A stretch of 64,000 nucleotides of DNA from the NCBI GenBank assembly GCA_964585475.1, contig CAZPDF010000004.1, positions 23,169 through 87,168 on the forward strand, given 5' to 3'. Shown here piece after piece: positions 50,456 to 59,311 of this stretch (the first letter of the stretch is position 1; each line of letters begins with the position of its first letter). A program made the translations under genes and the position numbers. Source of the stretch: an uncultured Candidatus Saccharibacteria bacterium (GTDB taxonomy: Bacteria > Patescibacteriota > Minisyncoccia > Sungbacterales > HO2-52-23). The notes beneath the pieces are model-generated. The model made no database searches. It had not been told where the DNA came from and was given only the letters and a program-made list of their open reading frames with translations.

Positions 50456-50914
50456 CTAAAACAAACTATACGACCATGGCTCCGGAACGGCTGCCAACAT
50501 CAACGCCGCCCCAAGAAGCGCCATATTCTTTGTGAAATTCACCATCTCCATCATTTTCATGTTCGGATCCGAAATCTTCCAGAAGGCGTGCATCTTGAAA
50601 GAAACCGAGACCAAAAAGAGGACCAGTGAGGCGATCGCCCAAGGAATCAAAACTCCGAGGAAAATCCCTAGCCCTCCCAAAAGTATGAGGAGGCCGGAAA
50701 ACACAACTGCAAATCCGGGAGCGGGTACTCCTTTTGATGAAGCGTACCCAGTGAGCATTCCCCTTTTCATTAAATGGTTCATACCATTCATAATGAAAAA
50801 CCCTCCATAGAGCATTCGTCCAATCAAAAAAATAATTTCCATATTCTTAATTTGCGGATTTACCCCGTTACTTAGAATACCCTGCAGTCGAGTCAGACTC
50901 GACTGCGGTTTCAC
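50456..50914 (-). CDS. DoxX-family membrane protein
   Basis: 152 aa; 4 TM helices with DoxX-like FIMNGMNHLMK..G start. Confidence 0.6.
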   Translation of the reverse strand: MKPQSSLTRLQGILSNGVNPQIKNMEIIFLIGRMLYGGFFIMNGMNHLMKRGMLTGYASSKGVPAPGFAVVFSGLLILLGGLGIFLGVLIPWAIASLVLFLVSVSFKMHAFWKISDPNMKMMEMVNFTKNMALLGAALMLAAVPEPWSYSLF

Positions 50915-50951
50915 GCCATAGAGTTACCGCGGTAGTCGTTCGTAACTAGGT

Positions 50952-51509
50952 TTATCCCTTTATTCTGCTTCGACCTTTGTCCATATTCTTCATTCTTCTC
51001 CCTATGAACCAACCCGCGATTAACCCCAATAAAAGGCCACCTCCCACGCCCAGAAAAGGCGGGCTATTTTGATCATTATTTTTTCGTTCCTGAACATCTA
51101 TCAAGAAATCTGGCGCCTCATAAATTTCCTCTGGATTTGAGGCAAGCGCGAAATCAAAAAATATTTCATGAAGACCAGCATCACTAAAAGTATATTGAAG
51201 TTCCAATACGCCACCTTTGACCCGAAGATTGCCCTGTTCGAAGACAAACTTTCTATCTCTCGCCAGTTTTGAAATCCGAACCCTTACGACAAGATCCTCC
51301 CCGAAGAGATTATTTGTTTTGAGGTCCACGAATGAAGCAAGAAAAGAGGTCTTTATGCCAACATGAGGAGTAAAAGGCGCACGGGAAAGATTAATATAAA
51401 ATTTTCCTTCAACAATGCGCTGATCGCCGCCGTTCGCAAAGGAAAAAAGGGGTACTAGTACTACAGAAATCAATATAATCAAAAATGGGATTATAGATTT
51501 GGGTATCAT
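50952..51509 (-). CDS. hypothetical secreted/membrane-anchored protein
   Basis: 185 aa; N-terminal signal/TM, C-terminal TM; no domain. Confidence 0.35.
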   Translation of the reverse strand: MIPKSIIPFLIILISVVLVPLFSFANGGDQRIVEGKFYINLSRAPFTPHVGIKTSFLASFVDLKTNNLFGEDLVVRVRISKLARDRKFVFEQGNLRVKGGVLELQYTFSDAGLHEIFFDFALASNPEEIYEAPDFLIDVQERKNNDQNSPPFLGVGGGLLLGLIAGWFIGRRMKNMDKGRSRIKG

Positions 51510-51564
51510 TCTTGTGACGTCGAGGACTTATTAACAAAAAATCTCGCAATGAAGGGCAAAATTA

Positions 51565-51828
51565 CTAATCCGATTGCAAGGCTAACCGATTCGAACTCTT
51601 ATCTTGTTCGCAAGCGACACAACCCTTATGTTCGCTATGACCTTTATTCATGGCACGCATAGCCAAAACCATTGAAATCGGACAAAGAGCGAAAAAAAGA
51701 AATGGCGCAAACGCTATCGCTTGTTGCGAAGAAAATATAAAGAATAGTCCCGCGCCAAGCGCAATCACCACCAGCAACCCTTTCAAGTTGAAACACCTGC
51801 TTACAAGTTTTGATTGTTGTTTGTTCAT
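51565..51828 (-). CDS. small membrane protein with C-terminal CxxC and His-rich tail
   Basis: likely start MNKQQSK; 2 TM; ..KGHSEHKGCVACEQD. Confidence 0.35.
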   Translation of the reverse strand: MNKQQSKLVSRCFNLKGLLVVIALGAGLFFIFSSQQAIAFAPFLFFALCPISMVLAMRAMNKGHSEHKGCVACEQDKSSNRLALQSD

Positions 51829-51833
51829 AATCT

Positions 51834-53480
51834 TTATGTGCCACACGAGGCGCCGCCTTTTTGTTGCGGAACAAGACCGAGTTCGCTTACTTTTTGCTCA
51901 ACAAGGCTTGCTCCACTTGCGCTTGAATAATCCTTGCCCATTATCATCTTAGGATCGACCTTATTCCAGTCGGTGTTTTTTACCGCCTTAAAATAGAGTG
52001 CGGTCTGAACGTAATTATGCGGAAACCAAAATGAATTGAAGGCAAGCGCTTCTCGGTACAGCTCATCTTCGGTAAGTCCTTGGGATGCCCCGAGCTGGAG
52101 AAGCCCCAAAAGAGCTGACCCGTGATTGCAATCCTGATAGAAAGTCGAGTTATTGCAACAGGGCCTGTAGGTGTTTTGAGCAATTTTTGTGACGAGTGCC
52201 TCCTCAACCGGCGTAAGCTCCACAATTTTGAATTTGTTGAAGTAAGCGCCGCCGTTTTCTTCTTTGCCCAAATCCCATCCGCCAGTTGATGCAAAACTAA
52301 AGAGCGACCTGCCATTGATTGGGCTTTCTTTATTTGACGACATATAATTTGCAAGTCCAATCGGCCACATGAAATTTACATAGTAGTTGGCGTTTTTCCG
52401 CGTCAGTATAATAGGCTTCTGGGATGGTGTATCGAGGATGTTTTTCAATTCATCGGGGAATCCGCCGCGATCTTGGTAAATTGCCAAAAATTTCTCGCGA
52501 TCTATCACGCCGTTTTGTGTGAGTTTTACCACGCTCGCGCCGAGTGCGATTTTACTTTGGAATCCTTGCTCCGGCAGAACCTGTGCGGTGACTTCATCAA
52601 CAAGTTTATTTCCCGTTCCCGAAATGTCGACGTTGTAGAGCGTGTTGTCATTCGGGTTGAAGATGCGGCTTTGGGCGAGGGCTTTCGCAATTATCGGTTC
52701 GGTTTTGAGCATATTCCAGCTCGCAAGCGAAAGCGCGATAACAACGGCCAAAAGCGCAAGGAGCCACGGCCGATCCGATTCTTTGAATCGGTGATCTTTT
52801 GGCACAGGACAGGTTGCGTCGCCGCATTCAAGCTTTTTGAGATCTCTCCGCATGAGCCAGACCGGCAAGGCCATGAGTCCAAACGAGAGCGCTTTGAGCT
52901 CTAAACCTTGAAGTGGAAAAGCGGCAAGCCCCCCGGCGATTCCGATCGCGGAAAGTATGGTTGAGCCGCAGACAGGACAGGCGGAAGCAGCAATGCCTAC
53001 GATGGAACCGAATCCAGAAGCGGTCCCTCCTTTGCTAAAGCTTCGGAGGGCAAAGCCGAATTTTCTCCAACGATAGACAAGGAGCGAGATATTAACGCCG
53101 AATAGCGCAATTGCTCCAAGCGTCAGAATCACATACGGCCAGAAGTAAAGAGGTGTGCTATATGTATTAGTGATGACATTCGTAATTGCCGAATCAAGGC
53201 GGAGCACCCAATAGAGGACAAGGAAGAAAGCGAGTGATGAGATAATGCCGATGAGTCCATAGAAAAGTTTCGTCAAAAATTTGATGTCTTCCGGCTTGAG
53301 ATCGTATTTTTCCCTTTCCTCATCTTGCGGAATAGCATGTGCCGTGATTTCAATATTGCAGCTTTTGTGTTCCCGGCACCACGCCTCGCATTTCTCGGCC
53401 CACTCTTTATCTTCGTATTTGAAGCCGCACTCCTCGCATTGATGCAATTCTTTATTTTGTTGTTGAATTATTTTGACCAT
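51834..53480 (-). CDS. membrane protein with N-terminal Cys4 zinc-ribbon, Cys-containing TM core and ~300-aa extracytoplasmic domain
   Basis: 548 aa; CEECG..CEAWC zinc ribbon; TM helices incl. ASACPVCGS and ECGDATCP; C-terminal domain with CCNNSTFYQDCNHG; family unknown. Confidence 0.45.
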   Translation of the reverse strand: MVKIIQQQNKELHQCEECGFKYEDKEWAEKCEAWCREHKSCNIEITAHAIPQDEEREKYDLKPEDIKFLTKLFYGLIGIISSLAFFLVLYWVLRLDSAITNVITNTYSTPLYFWPYVILTLGAIALFGVNISLLVYRWRKFGFALRSFSKGGTASGFGSIVGIAASACPVCGSTILSAIGIAGGLAAFPLQGLELKALSFGLMALPVWLMRRDLKKLECGDATCPVPKDHRFKESDRPWLLALLAVVIALSLASWNMLKTEPIIAKALAQSRIFNPNDNTLYNVDISGTGNKLVDEVTAQVLPEQGFQSKIALGASVVKLTQNGVIDREKFLAIYQDRGGFPDELKNILDTPSQKPIILTRKNANYYVNFMWPIGLANYMSSNKESPINGRSLFSFASTGGWDLGKEENGGAYFNKFKIVELTPVEEALVTKIAQNTYRPCCNNSTFYQDCNHGSALLGLLQLGASQGLTEDELYREALAFNSFWFPHNYVQTALYFKAVKNTDWNKVDPKMIMGKDYSSASGASLVEQKVSELGLVPQQKGGASCGT

Positions 53481-53489
53481 AAGCGTGAA

Positions 53490-53702
53490 TTAATGATGGT
53501 GTTCGCTGTCGCCGCCGCAACCATCCGAGAGATTCCATACCTCGGTTAGTTGTTCGCCAGTGAAGCCGTGATCTTTAATAAGATATTTTCCTAATCCGCC
53601 GTAGACATACCACCGCCAGCATTTACAGCAGCAAGGCCCTTTTTCGCTTGAGTTTTGCATAGCATAATCATACGCTTTTTGTTCTTCTGGGGTAAACTTC
53701 AA
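53490..53702 (-). CDS. small Cys-rich protein with C-terminal HHH
   Basis: 70 aa; GPCCCKCWRW....DGCGGDSEHHH; probable metal-binding; co-directional with and 10 nt upstream of the 548-aa gene. Confidence 0.4.
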   Translation of the reverse strand: MKFTPEEQKAYDYAMQNSSEKGPCCCKCWRWYVYGGLGKYLIKDHGFTGEQLTEVWNLSDGCGGDSEHHH

Positions 53703-53808
53703 ATTGTATCTCCTTAGAAAATCTTCTGTTTAAAATCATAACATAATAATATTAAAAAACAGCCCTTGCGGGGCTTGCAAAAATCCTAAATATCCGAGGA
53801 GGATGATT

Positions 53809-54015
53809 TTAATCAATACTCGCCGGGAGATAACCCGAAAGAAAAACGAGAATCACCACAGCACCGAGGGCCGCCAAAGGCGGCACCGGGATTAGATGCG
53901 AAAAAAATGAAAGGGAAATCGAAATGAGTATGCCTATTGCCAAAAATAGACGCCGCGCCATACAGCCGTAGTAATTTAGCGGTGAAATTTTAGGACTCAT
54001 TCCGTCATCCCGCAT
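53809..54015 (-). CDS. small membrane protein (hypothetical)
   Basis: 68 aa, 2 TM helices. Confidence 0.3.
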   Translation of the reverse strand: MRDDGMSPKISPLNYYGCMARRLFLAIGILISISLSFFSHLIPVPPLAALGAVVILVFLSGYLPASID

Positions 54016-54176
54016 AAAACAATTATGTATCCGGATAACACTTTTTGCAGAGCTGATAGTTTTGGGGATCCGGAACGCCTACGTAGGAACAGCTCGGTGC
54101 GGAAGCAAAATTCGGACAGTACTGCTGAATCTATTGTTGATACTGCTCATCTTAAAATATGTTTGACTGATTTTGA

Positions 54177-57100
54177 CTATTGATCGGAAGTTCTTCTCCA
54201 GAAAAATTCAATGATGCTCGCAAAAAGTCCTCTCGGCGTGGAGGATGTTTGCGACTGGGTACCGGAGGGCATAAATTGCTTGCATGCCAGATCCTGGTAA
54301 TTTTTAGTGCAGTAAGACGTGCATTCTTCAGGAGTTTTGCAACCGCCCGGTCCGCTGAAGTCCGTCTGCGATGAACCAGAGCATTTGCCCTTACTACCAG
54401 CATTAAAGATGGTCTGGACTTCGGACGCGTTTAACGCCCTGTTGTATACGGAGGCCTCATCAATCAAGCCGGAGAAAAATTCAGTGCTACTCCGCCATGA
54501 CCCGAGCGTAAACGGATCATCGCTCGTTGATTGTGTATTTGGAGCCTGCCGAAGGATAGTTCCCCGCGACTCGCCATCCACATATAATTTGACGTTGCCA
54601 GAACCATCTTTCGTGCCAACGGCATGATGCCAAACTCCCGAACTAACAGGCGCGGTAACGATGGTCTGACCTTCAGCTTTGGTAGTTTCTCCAACAGAAA
54701 ATTCCAATGTTCCATTACCTACCCTAAGCCAGTATCCCGATCCGGGGCCGCTTGAAGGATAGTTTGATTTTCGGATGATGTTATTTACGGATGATCCACC
54801 ACCCCAATGAAACCAGGCTTCCAAAGAAAATGGTCCGGTCCCGAAATTTAGATTCGCGGGATTTCCGATATTGACGCTACCCGCATTAAATTTGAGCGCA
54901 TTCCCTACTTTTCCGTCGTCAGCGATAGCGGCCCCACCAGAGAGAGTCCCGCTATTTCCATCAGCACTGTCTGACGCACTTGCGTCCCCCTTCCACCAAC
55001 TGACTAAACCTGAAGGCACCGGGGCGCAACTTTGAGTTGGAGGTGGTGGCGGAGGCGGCAGAATAGAGCACGCTGCAAATTCACAGTTTGGCGCTACACG
55101 ACCAACACTACTTCCGTTAGGACACTGTTTTAGATCTTCGGGGCAAGCAAGGCCGCCTCCGTAAGCAACGCAGGCAGGATCGGTGTAGTGGGTTTGACAA
55201 TAAGCTTTACATTCGGCTTGGCTTAGGCAACCGCCTGGGCCTGGTTCACCGCCAGTGCTTCCTCCTCCGCCGATATAGGAAGCACAAACTGGATCAGTGT
55301 AATGGGCGGTACAATAAGCTATACATTCTTCTTTATTCGTGCAGCCACCAGGGCCATTAAAGCCGCCTCCCCCGCCAGACGGAGGTTGGAAACCTCCAGG
55401 CAATCCACCTGCTCCGCCAGGCGGCTGAAAGCCCTTGCAAGCATCCGGATGTTCCTGACAATATGCTTTACATTCTTCTTGACTCTTGCATCCTCCAGGC
55501 CCGCCCGGGAATCCTCCACTTCCTCCTCCCGGAGGACCAAAACCTTCGCACTCTTCTTGATGGGCGGTGCAATACTCAATGCATTCTTCTGTATTTTTAC
55601 ATCCTCCCGGTCCGCTAAATCCCCCCTCGCCAAAATTACCTCCTCCACCTAACGATTGCTGTAGTTGCTCAAAACATCCTTCCAATGACTCAAAATTCAA
55701 ATCCTCGCCGAATTCCCCACTTTGGAGTTTCCGAAGCCCGTCTTCCCCAACCGCACCTTTAATGCACTCTACTGCTTCGGGTGGCAACTTGCTTAATTTT
55801 TGGCTTAAGTCGGCAGTCATCTGACCAAAGCAGGATTTCATTTTTCCTTCCATACCTCTGTCAAAAATCGGCTTGCCGTTCTTGATTTTCTCGAAATTTT
55901 CTTCGCCAAGAGCATCCTCAAGACATTGGACGACCTCGGGCGGCATTTTATCAAGATTTTCGCGGAACTGCTCCATTCCCTTGCTCATTCGTTCAAGGTC
56001 GGCTTCGCTCATTAGTCCATGTTCCTTGGCAAAATTGAAGCACTCCTCGGAATTTTCTTCACAATACGCCTCGCATTGCGTCTTGCTGTGGCATCCGCCC
56101 GGTCCTTTTCCTCCTACTTTTCTTACCATTTCGGCTTCTTCCGCCGTCATAACCCCGGCTTTTTCAGCAAAGGCAATGCACTCCTCTATATGATTATCTT
56201 CAGAACAGTAATTCTCGCATTGTTCTTTGGAGGTGCAGCCGCCCGGGCTCTCGCCCTGGCGCATCAAAACCATGAACTTCCTTGCCTCATCAATCTCTTC
56301 CTGAGGCATGAAGCCGCTTTTTTCGGCGAAATTCAAACACTCTTCCATGTGACTGGAATCACTGCAATAAATCTCGCAGGTGTTTCTGTCTTTACAACCG
56401 CCCGGGAACTGCGCGCCGGATTTTACCAATCCTTGAAATTTTCTAGCCTCGGCCAATTCGTCGCCGGAATAATAGCCGGTCTCCTCGGCAAAGGCGATGC
56501 ATTGATCAAGATGATCAATCGTATTGCAATAATTTTCGCAGGAAGACCAGGAGTTGCAGCCGCCGGGGCCATTTTTAATGTTCAGGAATTTATCAGCTGC
56601 TTCTTTGGATTCTTGTTCCGAAATCAAATTGTATTTTTTGGCAAACGCGAGACACTCTTTGGCGTGGTCAACATTATCACAATAGGAACGGCATTCGGCC
56701 TCGCTTTGACAATTTCCCAACTCGGGTACGGGGTATTGAATATCTTCTGCCGAAAGCGGTCCCTCTTTCTTCTCTTCTTGCGGAGGTGGAGGAGGCGGCG
56801 GAGGAGGCACTTCTTTTTTCACCGCGACACTTTTAGCTACTCCTTTAACAGGGGGGGAAATCTCAAGCTCGGTGGTATTGTTTTGACAATCAACAACATA
56901 GGCGGGCATCACCGGCGTAAAATCGGAGGGATCACGGAAGGATACGTTGTCGCTCACAAAAGATTTGCTGCAACCGCTCAACAACCCGCCGTAACGGAAT
57001 TGCTCTACCGGAGAAAGCGAAAACTCCTGAACGCCGTCGGGGTCTCTGATGGTTAAGGTAAATGCTTCGGAACCGGGGGGTTTTTTAAAATTTATTGAGG

Positions 57101-57209
57101 AATCATTGACGGCTGCCTCGACGTGGATGGTCGCCAAACTCAACAAAAAGGAAAGTACCAATATACTTGCGGCTAATAATTTCGTGGTTGTAATTGTCTT
57201 GGTATTCAT
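54177..57209 (-). CDS. secreted protein with ~8 tandem Cys-rich ~45-aa repeats, poly-Pro and Gly-rich linkers, and C-terminal LamG (concanavalin-A-like) domain
   Basis: 1010 aa; signal peptide; repeats GGC.S...CE.YC.......EC..FA...G; PPPPPPPPPQ; LamG-like region with LYVDG, VWHHAVG and LIDEASVYNRAL motifs. Confidence 0.65.
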   Translation of the reverse strand: MNTKTITTTKLLAASILVLSFLLSLATIHVEAAVNDSSINFKKPPGSEAFTLTIRDPDGVQEFSLSPVEQFRYGGLLSGCSKSFVSDNVSFRDPSDFTPVMPAYVVDCQNNTTELEISPPVKGVAKSVAVKKEVPPPPPPPPPQEEKKEGPLSAEDIQYPVPELGNCQSEAECRSYCDNVDHAKECLAFAKKYNLISEQESKEAADKFLNIKNGPGGCNSWSSCENYCNTIDHLDQCIAFAEETGYYSGDELAEARKFQGLVKSGAQFPGGCKDRNTCEIYCSDSSHMEECLNFAEKSGFMPQEEIDEARKFMVLMRQGESPGGCTSKEQCENYCSEDNHIEECIAFAEKAGVMTAEEAEMVRKVGGKGPGGCHSKTQCEAYCEENSEECFNFAKEHGLMSEADLERMSKGMEQFRENLDKMPPEVVQCLEDALGEENFEKIKNGKPIFDRGMEGKMKSCFGQMTADLSQKLSKLPPEAVECIKGAVGEDGLRKLQSGEFGEDLNFESLEGCFEQLQQSLGGGGNFGEGGFSGPGGCKNTEECIEYCTAHQEECEGFGPPGGGSGGFPGGPGGCKSQEECKAYCQEHPDACKGFQPPGGAGGLPGGFQPPSGGGGGFNGPGGCTNKEECIAYCTAHYTDPVCASYIGGGGSTGGEPGPGGCLSQAECKAYCQTHYTDPACVAYGGGLACPEDLKQCPNGSSVGRVAPNCEFAACSILPPPPPPPTQSCAPVPSGLVSWWKGDASASDSADGNSGTLSGGAAIADDGKVGNALKFNAGSVNIGNPANLNFGTGPFSLEAWFHWGGGSSVNNIIRKSNYPSSGPGSGYWLRVGNGTLEFSVGETTKAEGQTIVTAPVSSGVWHHAVGTKDGSGNVKLYVDGESRGTILRQAPNTQSTSDDPFTLGSWRSSTEFFSGLIDEASVYNRALNASEVQTIFNAGSKGKCSGSSQTDFSGPGGCKTPEECTSYCTKNYQDLACKQFMPSGTQSQTSSTPRGLFASIIEFFWRRTSDQ

Positions 57210-57309
57210 CCCGTTAGAAATTTAGGGCTAATTTTAATACTTATTTCGTCCAGCAAATAATCACTCATCGTACGCTCCATTAAAGACGGTGCCCCATCTC
57301 TAACGGGAT
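57207..57309 (-). repeat. TCTAACGGGA inverted-pair intergenic element
   Basis: CCCGTTAGAAA 57210-57220 abuts ATG 57209 of the LamG-protein gene; TCTCTAACGGG 57297-57307 lies 10 nt past the stop of the upstream gene; 75-bp spacer. Confidence 0.5.
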
Positions 57310-57317
57310 TCACGCCT

Positions 57318-57569
57318 TTATCGTAACGGATTTATGTATTTAAATGGATTGGCCCGATCAAGCGGATTTACTTCCGGAACTTTTTCTCCGAGATTGGTTT
57401 GGATTTCCGGAACCGATTTGCTTAGAGCTTCGGCCGTTCCAACCGCGCTAGCCGGCTCGATAGGTTCCTGGACTTTTTTTTGCGACCAATACCAAAAACC
57501 TCCGGCAATCAGTGCCGCCAGTATAATAGTAACAACAACAAAAATGGGTTTTGATTTTGAATCATTCAT
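57318..57569 (-). CDS. small membrane-anchored hypothetical protein
   Basis: 83 aa; one N-terminal TM. Confidence 0.35.
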   Translation of the reverse strand: MNDSKSKPIFVVVTIILAALIAGGFWYWSQKKVQEPIEPASAVGTAEALSKSVPEIQTNLGEKVPEVNPLDRANPFKYINPLR

Positions 57570-57716
57570 AAACCTAATTGATATTATACCGCAACATATC
57601 GGTCTTGATAAACAGGCTTATACACAGATATTCGTTCTGGCGAGTCCATAATAATGCTCCTGATTTTCCAGATGTATTCAAGGATTAACTTAAGACTTAA
57701 GAAATTTTAACTATAC

Positions 57717-57744
57717 TTGATTTTTCTCTTTCCCGATATAGAAT
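57717..57744 (+). promoter_or_regulatory. candidate sigma70-like promoter (TTGATT-16-TAGAAT) for the aldolase-family gene
   Basis: -35-like TTGATT 57717-57722; -10-like TAGAAT 57739-57744; AGGAGG SD before ATG 57775. Confidence 0.35.
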
Positions 57745-57774
57745 GCACTTGAGTCCTAACTTTAGGAGGCCTCG

Positions 57775-58452
57775 ATGTCGCTGGCGGATGATCTTTGCAA
57801 AATAGGAAAATCGCTTGCCGAAAGAAATTTCGTCCACTATCTCCTCGGCACCATCAGCGCCAGATCCTCCGAAAATCCTCACACCTATCTCGTAAAGCCG
57901 GCCGAATGCCTTTACGAACTGGCGAATCCTAGCGACTTCGCTCTGGTAAATGAGGACGGAGACCCGGTTGACGGCACCGACCGCCGGCCCTCGTTAAATT
58001 TCCTAGTCCACCTTGCCTGTTACCGGGCCAGGCCGGATATCGGCGGGGTCGTACACGCTCATCCGGAAAAGACAACCGCTTTAATCTCTCAGGATCACCC
58101 TGCTTTTAACGGCATACCCAGTAGGATCCCGCTTCTTACGCAGGAAGGCGTATGGATGGTCAAAAATTGGCATATTCCTATTGTGGAAGACCTCGACCCG
58201 AAAGAACTTGCCGAAGCGGTTTCCGAAAAAATTCTTGAGGCCAATGTCGTGGCCATACGAAACCACGGCATCATAGCCGTCGGAAAAAGCATATGGGAAG
58301 CATACGGCGCCGCGCTGGTTGCAGAAAGCGAGGCGGTGATGCTCGGTTCGATTATCAGCATGGGCGGAAAGCCGCTCATCCGAAACCCGGAAACCGGAGA
58401 AACTGATCTTTGCAAAATGCCGTCGCGGACGTTTTCCAAAAAATTCACATAA
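57775..58452 (+). CDS. class II aldolase/adducin-family protein
   Basis: 225 aa; VVHAHPE metal-binding motif and fold-typical glycine patterns; strong SD. Confidence 0.7.
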   Translation: MSLADDLCKIGKSLAERNFVHYLLGTISARSSENPHTYLVKPAECLYELANPSDFALVNEDGDPVDGTDRRPSLNFLVHLACYRARPDIGGVVHAHPEKTTALISQDHPAFNGIPSRIPLLTQEGVWMVKNWHIPIVEDLDPKELAEAVSEKILEANVVAIRNHGIIAVGKSIWEAYGAALVAESEAVMLGSIISMGGKPLIRNPETGETDLCKMPSRTFSKKFT

Positions 58453-58490
58453 TATCCCCGCCTTTCACGGCGGGTTTTAAATATCCCTTC

Positions 58491-59264
58491 CTAGGAAAAT
58501 TTTGCTTTGGGATCTATCCCACGGATAGGTCCTCCGAGTTTCCGAACTGCTTTTTTCACTCTTATCATACAGCCCTCCAAATCCGAGACAATATCCTTTT
58601 CTGACAAACGAATAACCCTCCAACCGCACCGCCGAAGAACAGCGTTTTTTATTTTATCTTTCTGCCTCTTACGCAAACCGGAATGGGCCTTTTTATTATC
58701 ACACTCAATAGCTATCAATCCTTGCCGGCAAAATACGGCAAAATCTATACAATATCGTTTCTGGCCGCATGCGACGTGGTATTGGGCGCGCACTCCGATG
58801 CCGGTGAGCTTCAAACCATCCTCTATCATCTGCTCGGTCGGAACGACGTTATAAAGCTGTAAAATATTTCTGGATTTCAACAAACGATTTAGGGTGGTAA
58901 AACCGAAGGAAATGCGGCGCGGTATTATATTTCTGACGGGCCGAGGCAGTTTCTTGACCCTACCGACACGAAGCCGGAAATAGTAATCGCGGGCCCTCGG
59001 ATGATTTAACTCATCCGGTAGCAACTCGCTCCTTTTAATAGTTTGCTGATTTAAAACACGGGCATAATATAGAATACGCCTTCCCCGACGGCCGAACCTG
59101 GCGGGCTGATAGAAAGCAAGGTAATGGAATGGCCGCGCCGGCGCATGCGCCAAGGGAATTCTATACCACTTTTTGGTTAAAAGGATGCCAAGATCGCGCT
59201 TGTTTTTGAGCACGCCGACTAAAACGATTTTATCTATTTTATCTTTAGCATAATTCTTGACCAT
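58491..59264 (-). CDS. DUF559 (Vsr-like endonuclease fold) domain protein with uncharacterised N-terminal region
   Basis: 257 aa; C-terminal YCIDFAV....LIAIECDNKKAH.........LRRCGWRVIRL matches the DUF559 pattern. Confidence 0.55.
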   Translation of the reverse strand: MVKNYAKDKIDKIVLVGVLKNKRDLGILLTKKWYRIPLAHAPARPFHYLAFYQPARFGRRGRRILYYARVLNQQTIKRSELLPDELNHPRARDYYFRLRVGRVKKLPRPVRNIIPRRISFGFTTLNRLLKSRNILQLYNVVPTEQMIEDGLKLTGIGVRAQYHVACGQKRYCIDFAVFCRQGLIAIECDNKKAHSGLRKRQKDKIKNAVLRRCGWRVIRLSEKDIVSDLEGCMIRVKKAVRKLGGPIRGIDPKAKFS

Positions 59265-59311
59265 ATTTTGGGCCTACGGCTAGCCCCGGAAAAGTCCATG
59301 GCTAAATTTTT

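Noticed and set aside
51541-51660. TTCGAA-containing segment as a possible additional tRNA
   Set aside because: No complementary T-stem or acceptor stem could be formed around the TTCGAA.
56019-57056. 345-aa plus-strand ORF inside the LamG/Cys-repeat gene
   Set aside because: Antisense shadow ORF of a repeat-rich gene; Arg/Phe-rich low-complexity product with no start context.
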